From Ylistrum balloti (lineage: Eukaryota), in the NCBI RefSeq assembly GCF_031769215.1, contig NW_026782992.1, positions 124,001 to 188,000 on the forward strand: a DNA stretch of 64,000 nt, in the 5' to 3' direction. The notes beneath the pieces were generated by a model. The model ran no database searches. It was not told where the DNA came from and saw only the letters and a program-made list of their open reading frames with translations. Made by a program: the position numbers and the translations under genes. Below, one piece after another: positions 54,791 to 64,000 of this stretch (position 1 is its first letter; every line of letters begins with the position of its first letter).

Positions 54791-57700
54791 TATTGCTTGC
54801 AATGTTTTATTTGCTGTTTATCAAAAAAATCTTATATTTGTAATATGATGTTAAGCTTATTGCGTTTCCAAAGTTTATAACCCATCTTAGCAAATCAGAT
54901 AAAAGATCGATAATTTGGTTTTCATTGACCTTTTTACAACGAAATTAGTGAGAATGACAAAAAGGGAAAATATAGATAAAAGATGTACAAGAACTTATCA
55001 GTCACTTGACTGATCAAATCTTAAAATATGCCGAAAAAAAAGAAGATTTTAAACATATTAAACATGTTATTGTAAAGGAATGTTTTAACGAAGGCAGTCA
55101 TTTAGAAAATGTAAAAAGGAAAGATTATTTTCCACTGATATGACTTAATGTAAACAAATTGTTACGAAAACTAGCATTGTAACACCTCCTCGAGTGGGTG
55201 CTGAACCCACAAATAGTTTCTGAACAAGATAATCCGGTATGAACAGCAATATTTCTGACCCCAAATGTGTGTATTCCTACATTGTGTTGGTACCACTATT
55301 GAGACAACGCACCACTGATTCAGCTACAGATTTGTTTGATGAAATATTTAGCCCTGAAAGTTACATTTATTGAAATATTTCGACATATTCGGATTTCAGT
55401 TACACTTAACGTCACTGTCGGGTCCTTGAAAACAGTTGTATGATGCGGTTAAATGTATCATTTGACTCTACTGTGTTTTATTCTCTTGTACTGAAATATT
55501 TTACTTTTTGTGCAGTTGGAAATATGTACATCTGGTTAGTATGCTGAACCAAATATTAGCACCATTTAGGGAAACATCACAGGTGAATTCTTAATATTTT
55601 ATTTCTCGGCTAGTATTTCGGATTTAATTATATAAAGTATAATTTGTAGTTTCCCAAAAGCAAAATAAATGACGCTAGGTAGAAATTCTATACACGATCA
55701 ATGGTTTTGTACGTTATTTTGCTAGTACTTCTAAAGGATCATTTTACAGCTGATACAATTACTGTTTTGTACATTGTATTTATTTTATAAGGTGTAGATT
55801 TGATACCATTATTACATTTGGTTCTAAATGTAATTATATACAGAAAGTATGCCGATTCTGGCCATTCTTTGGCCAGTCTGTGATTCTCATTTTTTCGGGG
55901 AAATATTTTGAGAGTAACAGTTATCGTATGCTTGTCAAAACATAACGTTTGCGGGGGTTTCGTAAATAGAACATTTCGTTGAAAACTCGTCTTCCTTTAA
56001 GTATCATGGCGTTTGTGATCATATTGGACTGTGGACGAAGTTGGACAACTCCTGATAATGTAAAAGCACAAATGTTAGTAAATCGCTTGTAAACGGGAGG
56101 TTGTGGACTGTTAATATCGATCTGTAGGCCTTGGTATTATTGACGAGTCCTATAAGAACAAAACAGCTTATAATGCAGTTTAATTCATTGTTTAGCTCTA
56201 CTGCTTCTAGCTTAAAATTTGTACTTAAAGGTGCTTTTCGCATTTTGTGTGTTTGTTCAATCTTACAACTGTTTAACAGAACCCCTTTTAGCAGTTTGTA
56301 TAATGGAACCCTATTGTATTACGATACATATTGCTGATTCTATAAAATGAGCTTTAATATAAATCCTGACGCTTCATTTACGATGAATTATATTGTAAAC
56401 AGGACTGAATAGTTCATTCATTTATTGATTTAGCATTCAACGTTTTAATGGATTCAAATTTAGAATAAGTGAGATATTTTCTATACGTATTGTTCTTATG
56501 TCTGGATTTTAAGTGTCTAATCACATCTGCTTAGAACATATGATATAATTACAACTGTAGAGTTCTTGGTGGAAAAAAAACATTTATTGTATCAAGTAGT
56601 GGGTCGGTATTTGAATGAGTACTTTGGCCATTGCGGGAGTACGCTGGTTATTGTACTAAATCGTTACAAGAAGGATAACTCTTGTAGTCTTCGTTGTCAA
56701 AACTGCGAATCAGATCCGTGCTCTGTCATGTCTGTTTCTATTGTTTAAAGTCCTATTAACAGCTATAATAGTTCAAGAACGACTTCCGCTGAATGAGAGG
56801 CGGTGTATATGGTTTAAGTGTATTTATTATATGGGAGTCTGCGATTTGTTCTAAATAAACTCTCTTGTGATAGTGATGAACTTAATCCGACTTTATAGTG
56901 CACCAAATTGAAGCATACTGCCGTCAGCATTTCCTACAGCAACCAAGTCGGTCATATAATACTGATAATTCGCAAACTAGTTTTACTGTAACAAAATGCT
57001 GACGTTTACAAGAAACTGCCATTTTTAGAAGACTGTGGTATATCATGGACAAGGGAGAGAACATAAAACATTCTTCGAACGCTCAATCAAAGGCCAAATA
57101 TATGGCAGTGCCAAGGAGACATTTCGAAGAATGATATTTCAAAACTGAAAATAGCACGTCATGGGAACAGCAGGTACGACTTGACTTTGGCTGCGAGAGG
57201 TTTTTATTCACACAAATCTACAACAACGCTATAAACGTTTACCACCATTGTAATATAACGGAAATCAACAACGCATCTCTAAACAGAAAAAACAAAAGGA
57301 ACCGGACACCGGATCAAATATCCGGAATTTTACTTCATTAATTAGACACCACCTGGTCAGGCATGTAGGTATTTAAAACAATAGCTTACCGACTTGTGTT
57401 AGCGTTGGCATTCAGTTTTTAGGCAACAACTCAAGAAATATATTTGTCGTATAAAAGAGTTTTTCGACTGTTGGTTTTGAAAACATACTTCAGAAACGTG
57501 CATTTAAAAAGGATGATAAAGGAAAATTATTTTATGAAATACACAAAAAATAAGAAAATAACAGTCCATTTTTCTGTTTACAATGACCAGCCGTCAAATT
57601 ACACCTACTTAATCTAAAACAGCTGCTAAATGTTGTGAAAAGTAAATCGCCAATCTCATCAAAACTTTTAACATTTTGTAAACAGGACATTGGTTGGCTA

Positions 57701-58850
57701 GCACAAAGGGCGTGCGCATACAGAATGGAAATGGTGACTTTCAGATGGTCATACGGTACGTAACAAGGAACAGCAGTATCTATTCACACTACAGTGTGAC
57801 AGATAACTGTGTCAATGCATGTATGTACATAATTATCGTCCGTTCATCGTCCTTGTGTAAATAAACCTGAGATTGGCCCTGTCCTGCTCGGTGCTTAATC
57901 ATTACGTATGTTCATTTATGTTATTCAAACGTGTAGAAGATGCGAAAATGTTATCACGTAATGTTAAAGTGAGATAACCTGATTTACCTTGCTGATCCAA
58001 GAATGGTAGATACTTTTTGTGTAAAACGAGAGTCTCATTGAAGGGATTAATCTAATATATATCGACCAAGTTGTACAGAGAAATCCTTAAGAGGTTGACC
58101 AGATAAACTAACAAATACTGAAGGTAGGTAAGTCTTATCGACAGCTTATGATTAGATACAAGAAACAACATTTTCAATTAGTCGTAATTAAACGACTGAT
58201 TAGAGCCAACTGATAAAATTGATATCTGAATGTCAGATTGACTTGCCCGGTTATGTTGACATCCATATGTAAACCATGTCACTTGTTTCAGCTCGGAAGC
58301 TGTCGCCTTAAAATATGTTCGTCTCTTTAACGATAAACGTTTACGTCCAAAGAAAATATGTCATTTAATACATCAAACAAAATGTCTTTGCGCGATATGA
58401 AACTGGACGTTTTTTATGCTTCTGGCAGTTTAATTGTTTTTTTTTTACCTTGTTCTTATTTGGGAACGTGACATTGTTTAATTGGACTGGCCAACAGAAT
58501 ACGCTAACCTTTCCGTGTACTCTCCTTGAACTTTTTTCACGAGACTGTTTGAAGATTTTTCGTTTGATCTTAGTTTGTCAATGTTTCATCAAATTCATTT
58601 TTGATTTTTTTCTGTTAAAGCGACTATAATGTTAAAAACACTACGAGAAAACTGTATGAAACGTTGTATTTTCCAACACCATATTACAAAACTAAGACTT
58701 TCTGTTTATTACTAAAATTTAAAGTCACTGCAACCATTTTTATTGATATCTAAAAAAAAAGAATGTAAACATTGCGGTCTTGATCTAATTCATACATTAC
58801 CGCTCGTAACCCTTATGCTGCGCATGCGTATAAGCCTAGAAAGAAGCAAT

Positions 58851-59050
58851 ATGGCGGACGCAAATACGAAAAGGCGACGAGGACCTAAAAGTTACCTTAC
58901 AGAAAGTGCCAGAAAGCGTAAGAAGGAGTCAGACCAGAAAAGAGGACAGGAAAGAATTTATATTAGACAGGAGATCGATAGATGGCAAAAGATGAAGGAG
59001 GATCTTGGACTGAATACGGATTCGGAATTTGCGAAGCTGCTGCTTGACTG
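58851..59050 (+). CDS. First exon of a transposon-associated protein (66 aa, MADANTKRRRGPK...RIYIRQEIDRWQKMKEDLGLNTDSEFAKLLLD); remainder apparently deleted
   Basis: aatATGGCGG start, basic NLS-like stretch, donor TG|gttagc at 59051, NRF1-like TGCGCATGCG just upstream. The R-x-x-I...RW..xK..LGL.TD.E.A..LLD motif is recalled from TE-derived animal proteins and is unverified. No downstream transposase exons seen. Confidence 0.6.
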
Positions 59051-59651
59051 GTTAGCTTAACGTTAGCCCTTTAATTATAACGTATCCGCCTGTCCTTGAT
59101 TATAATCCAATATCCAGTGTTTGACGCGTGAATATGTTATGATCAACACTACTAAAAGTTGTATTATTGCTTGAATTTACTATCGACAACGTGTGTTTGT
59201 TGTTGACTGCAAGGTAGGGTCCAATTGCGGGCATTCGTTCTAAGTGTAAAAATATGACGGTACTGGTGTTACTGTGAGAATAACAACCGTGGTGATAAAC
59301 ATAACCTTCACAATTAGCACATAGACACATGTTGAATGGTAAACAATATCTTATAATGTGTATAGACAAAGTATCAATTCTTGTGCATTTCTGCACAATG
59401 ATTTTTTTTTTCTTTTCCGATTGTCATTACCCCCTTTGGGGCCCCACTAGTTTAGCTCCCGCGATTGACATAGATAATTATCGCACGACAAGCCTAAACA
59501 AAACGAATTAACTGAGATTGGTTTTTAAAATTATATATTATAACACAGAATCATTTATTGCAAACAAGAATTAACAGAAAGGCTCAAAAGCAAGTGTCAT
59601 ACATAAGACATGTGCGTTTGTTTACTTTCCTCGTAATCCAGTTTTTCTTTG

Positions 59652-59682
59652 CGGCGGAAGTAAATGACTTCGTCACGTGACA
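59652..59682. promoter_or_regulatory. Promoter-like motif cluster inside the TE (ETS CGGAAGT and E-box GTCACGTGAC)
   Basis: Sequence gcggcggaagtaaatgacttcgtcacgtgac; motif match only. Confidence 0.4.
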
Positions 59683-60320
59683 AGCCATGTGACCCACTCG
59701 GCTTTCTTCGTAAAAAACGGATCGTGAACATGTTTATAAACCATAGTCAAGATAAACAATGTTCCGATGCGAAAAATATGTACAAAAACAACACATTTGA
59801 CGTTGTAGGCGCGTGTATCTCTTTATTATGGATACATTTTATTATTCATAAGCAGAATTCTCCAATTCCCGATGTTGAAATCTAAGGTAATAGCCGCTTT
59901 AATATGTCGGCATTTTTTACTGCCTTAAATTTGACATTTGACACGTTTTTGATATAAACGAACTTCCAGATATTACAGATAATATCAGTGCATTTCAGAT
60001 ACAATACATTTTTCTTTATCATCAAAATGTTAGACATGATAAATTACGATAGCGCTGTCCTCTCGTATCATCAGACAACAGGGCCCTATACAAACAGTAG
60101 CGATAACTCTTCCAGATGGCGCGTGGCCTCGTTAAGCTCTCTATCCATGTAGATGGGACACATTTGTTTTTTTTATCGCAATATATGCAAAGTCTCTCTT
60201 ATCTTGCATGTATGGATATTGTAAAATTCGTTAATTATCTTATTATCTCTCTCACTTTTCTGTCTGTAAAGAAAATTTAAATAAATATTCTTTATCACTG
60301 CCCAGCTATTCTTTGCGAAT

Positions 60321-60321
<1 letters not shown>

Positions 60322-60410
<89 letters not shown>
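60322..60410. repeat. C9-(TC)40 microsatellite
   Basis: Direct inspection. Confidence 0.95.
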
Positions 60411-60412
<2 letters not shown>

Positions 60413-60413
<1 letters not shown>

Positions 60414-60476
60414 ATATATCAAGAAATGTAAAATGGATCATTATCCCTTGTTTTTGTTCTTGTCATGTTCACGGCG
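60413..60476 (+). CDS. Candidate upstream exon of the PhyH-like gene (ATG 60433: MDHYPLFLFLSCSR-R), or a 5' UTR exon
   Basis: The (TC)40 tract ends in AG at 60411-12. Donor CG|gtaggg at 60477. The phase-2 exit joins exon A in frame (CG+A = Arg). Confidence 0.3.
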
Positions 60477-60689
60477 GTAGGGCAACACTTTAAGTGCATG
60501 TGTTTTAGTTGCTCTCGAACCAACTGGAACGTGCAACCTAAAATAACCTAAAATAAGAACATGGACAATATCTAGTACATTACCAGACAACAAACATTTC
60601 CTCAGATCACTAAGTCCATACCTACAATATTGCTGTGGCACAGTTGTATAACAATAACGTGTAATAGTAATGATACGTAAATTCTACAG

Positions 60690-60825
60690 AATGCCAGGAA
60701 AGTTCCCCGGATGTTCGGATACCTCATGGCCAGAAGTGTTCACATTACCAGCCAGACCATCTCCATCTACGATAAAGAAACCAGGCCAACTCCCGGACGA
60801 AGTCATTCGGAAGTTTTTTGAAGAT
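60690..60825 (+). CDS. PhyH-like (phytanoyl-CoA dioxygenase family) gene, coding exon A: MPGKFPGCSDTSWPEVFTLPARPSPSTIKKPGQLPDEVIRKFFED
   Basis: Acceptor ttctacag| (AG 60688-89), donor GAT|gtaagt (GT 60826-27). ATG at 60691, phase-0 exit matching the next exon. KPGQL..E.I..FF.DGF is recognised from memory as the N-terminus of invertebrate PhyH-domain proteins; no database search was run. Confidence 0.85.
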
Positions 60826-61535
60826 GTAAGTTGTGTTTTAGGTTATATTTAATATGTAATTTATTAAATTCATAGAAAGAGAAAGAACGATAGGAGTTAC
60901 TTTTTATCTCAACGTTAAAGTTTCTGTTATTTCTCTTAAAAATCAAAATGCTTTGGAAAATGGTCACTCAGATTTTCGAGGTCGACTTCAAATACATCCG
61001 ATATGCTTCTTACTACAAGCAAATATCTGGTCACTTTAAACTGCAACTCTGAATCAACGCATCACAAAGCAATGTCACTTAATGTGTTGATATATAATCA
61101 TAACAATATAATATTTAACCATCCAGGCAAACCATAGAGTTAGTGTAAACAGAATAAGTGATCTTATTTTTACGAATGTTAGTAACTGATTGATGTGATA
61201 AACAGAATCTTAAATTCGTGTCCGGAATATAATATTAATGAAACTTTTCAAGAATTTTTCATTTTACCTCTCCAGAGGCTCAGAACGTTGAAAAATTCTT
61301 AGACCTAATTCAATAAGTTCATATGAATGAAAATTTATGTAAGATCTTTGCTATATGGAATGATCGTGATTGCACAATGTAATACTTAGACGGTCGAGGG
61401 TATGTAATAATGCCTGTTATATTCGGTTTTATCATATTATATGATAAAGCGAATTCTAAGATATGTCACAAGTAAATATATGATAAAATAATGTATTGCC
61501 TTATGTAATGTTCTTTATTTCTATATCAATATTAG

Positions 61536-61653
61536 GGGTTTGTCATAGTGGAGAATTTCTTCACGGCAGAGGAACTCGAACCTTGTAAAACAGCCATCAT
61601 GGATGTTGTGGATGATGTAGCTAATATGTTATTCAGAAAGGGGAAAATCAAAG
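61536..61653 (+). CDS. PhyH-like gene, coding exon B: GFVIVENFFTAEELEPCKTAIMDVVDDVANMLFRKGKIK
   Basis: Acceptor atattag| and donor AAAG|gtaggt. 118 nt, phase 0 in and phase 1 out. Joined to exon A it gives FFEDGFVIVENFFTAEEL, the typical PhyH-family 'F.eDGf.vv.n.f..eel' motif. Confidence 0.9.
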
Positions 61654-61728
61654 GTAGGTTATTTAAATCAGACATCATATCTTAATGATAATATAGAATC
61701 ATTCTAATTGTTCAGGTAACATTTGTGA

Positions 61729-61783
<55 letters not shown>

Positions 61784-61800
61784 GTGGTGATGATGATGAT
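61729..61800. repeat. (GAT)n microsatellite in a PhyH-like gene intron
   Basis: Direct inspection. Confidence 0.95.
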
Positions 61801-63203
61801 CATTGGTAATCATTTTCGGTTAATATCAATACCGGTTAGTAAACTATCATTGTTGTTTCCGGTTTATAGACATATTTGAAAGTAATATTGTCTTTTCTGG
61901 TTATAATCAATGCATTAAGTAATTAATACATCAAGTAAGTTGTTAATGACTAATCTTACAGTAATTAAACTACTAGAGACATATTATAAAATACAGGAAT
62001 TTTACCAGTTTCAAGTAGTTTTTACCCGTAAAAGACAATACTACAAGTAATATGTTAGTTTTCCTCGGTTCAATCAATATGGGTAGTAGGTCAATACGTT
62101 TTCTTGTTGTCAATCATCATGGTAAGTAGGTCGGTAGCTTTCGGATATAATCAACATGGTTTGTTTGTCATTGATTTTTTATCAGTTATAATGAAATATG
62201 GTAGTGATTACATAATTTCAACAATTACAAGCGATACAGAAAGTATTCTATCCGTGTTTACATGTTGCATTTCAGTTGGATATTTGTTTAAGGGCTCGTC
62301 GACAGTCGAATATTTTTTAAACCAAAATAATTGTTGAGAGCTCAGACACTATTAGGAAGTAAACAACATTTTAATCTTAAAACCAAAAGATTAAATTTTA
62401 TTCATTAACGAACAAATAAATGTTAAAAAGATGCCTTTCGTTTGATGAGATGGAAAGAAATTACAAGTGCCAAAAGAGGAAATAAGGTTTTTCGATTTTT
62501 GTTCGAATAAATGAAAAATCACAACGATAAATTAGATCATGTTCCCTTGTAAGCATTGAATCGCATGTACAGAGAAAAAATGGGTCCATCATACTTAAAA
62601 GGAATAGATAAGTAAGATATTGGTTTCCTTTTTGGAACCGAGAAAGGTCAACGTCCTATCTACTGTTTAAATATTTCAGAAAACAGGCGTTTATATTTTA
62701 ATTTTACATAGATCGTTAATTACCTCAGGAGACTCCTACTGCTGCTAATCATCTTTCATTGTAGCAGAAACTGTAGGTCTGAGATCAGTATGTGCAGTGT
62801 ATGTTATTCCGAACGGAATACAATCCTACAAGGACTTGGTACTCCGTCCAAATAGTTTGTGTCCCGTCTATCAATTTAGCACAGGCCATGCTAGAAAAGA
62901 GCGCGACTTTTCAATATGCTGGTCATGACATAAACATGTTATAAAATCAGTATTGATTTGAATAGGTGATTCTGTTAAATGATTTATATTATCAAAACGC
63001 CATAAAAGACCATAATAAGATGGCAATAGTAAAAACTCAATGAAAACCTTGTTTCCGGTTAATGGGAAGTAATCGATATTTGTTTACGGTTAATATCAGT
63101 ACTTGGTATCTATAGTTGTTACCGGTAACATTTGATATTACTTGCAATATACTTGGCTTGTTTCAATTGTTGAAAACTGTCTACGTTTCTGTATTTTCTA
63201 CAG

Positions 63204-63304
63204 ATTTATACAGTGGTTTAGGATTTCATGAACGACTTGTGAAAATGAACGAAGATTTCCCGGGAGCTAACATCTTGGTCATAAAAACAGGACGTGTACC
63301 GAAG
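63204..63304 (+). CDS. PhyH-like gene, coding exon C: (D)LYSGLGFHERLVKMNEDFPGANILVIKTGRVPK; gene continues beyond the window
   Basis: Acceptor ttttctacag| and donor GAAG|gtaaga. 101 nt, phase 1 in (G+AT = Asp), phase 0 out, no stops. The catalytic HxD...H residues are not within the window. Confidence 0.85.
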
Positions 63305-63545
63305 GTAAGAATCCTGGCAAAATACTGCGAGAGTGAAGCAAATATAATATTTCTGTCGAGATATTGAATACTGGAGACGTGTACAGAAGGTAGGAATCCT
63401 AGCAAAATACTGCGAGAGTGAAGCAAATATAATATTTCTGTCGAGATATTGAATACTGGATACGTGTACAGAAGGTAGGAATCCTGACAAAATACTGCAA
63501 GAGTGAAGCAAATATAAGATATCGAATTCTGTTAAAATACTGTGG
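63290..63545 (+). repeat. 85-bp tandem repeat (about 3 copies) spanning the exon C / intron boundary
   Basis: gtgtac occurs at 63294, 63379 and 63464, an exact 85-bp period. Confidence 0.95.
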
Positions 63546-64000
63546 ACGGGAACGAAAAGTGCATGGTTGAATCCTGTCAGAATACACTGGGTGTGATGAA
63601 AAGGTAAGAATTAAGTTGAAGTTTTGCCTATGTGAATCAAAGTTAGGATGCAGGCGTGAACCAAAGACAAAGTTCAATTAAAAATCTTGCATTAATCGGC
63701 AGCGACAAACGGGGTGAAGGGGCACACTTGGCAATTTTTAAAATAAAAACCTTTTGTTTAAGACATGTAATATAACCCACTGCTGAGTGAGTTCCCATTA
63801 ACATCATATTGTCACAACTATAAGTTCTAAACTTAACAGAGTTTTAGAGGACATTGGTATTTTTTCAGCAATCAAGATCACACTTGACCTCTTTGGAAGT
63901 AAATGTTTTTGCATAAGGTAGATGATGATCCCTTCAGCATAATCAAACTAACATACAACAACAGCAGGTATACACCTGGTCAAAGGACGAAAAAATCACA

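Larger units (their letters stand above)
58619..59898 (+). mobile_element. Probable non-autonomous Kolobok-like DNA transposon
   Basis: TTAA on both sides (58615-18 and 59899-902). Termini AGCGACTATAA and TAATAGCCGCT form an imperfect TIR (9/11) starting with AG. Contains a truncated ORF exon. An alternative left end is TTAA-AGTCACTGCAACC at 58719-58735. Confidence 0.5.

Overview
This is AT-rich eukaryotic genomic DNA (roughly 35% GC by eye). The repeat families suggest a mollusc, probably a bivalve, but that is an inference. It is not prokaryotic: I see no operons, rRNA, intact tRNA or CRISPR array, and most ORFs in the track come from tandem repeats or chance. The one well-supported protein-coding gene is on the + strand at the right end: three phase-compatible GT-AG exons (60690-60825, 61536-61653, 63204-63304) encoding the N-terminal part of a PhyH-like (phytanoyl-CoA dioxygenase family, 2OG-Fe(II)) protein that continues beyond the window. 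Just upstream is a probable TTAA-flanked, Kolobok-like non-autonomous DNA transposon (58619-59898) carrying a 66-codon first exon and a promoter-like motif cluster. About 15 minisatellite arrays (about 11 kb, 17% of the window), two copies of one tRNA-derived SINE family and several decayed TE fragments fill most of the rest. Weaker candidates are a bidirectional promoter near 1.7-2.0 kb, a signal-peptide exon (24958-25128, -) and a few orphan exons. The most interesting observations are minisatellite units that carry functional-looking motifs: an 85-bp repeat that triplicates a real splice donor, a 58-bp repeat with a cUUCGg-capped hairpin, 32-bp repeats with E4BP4/PAR bZIP sites, a 19-bp repeat with AG|GT ratchet-like sites, and a 48-bp repeat open as a Tyr/His/Arg-rich ORF. 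I found no clear-cut novel multi-gene system.
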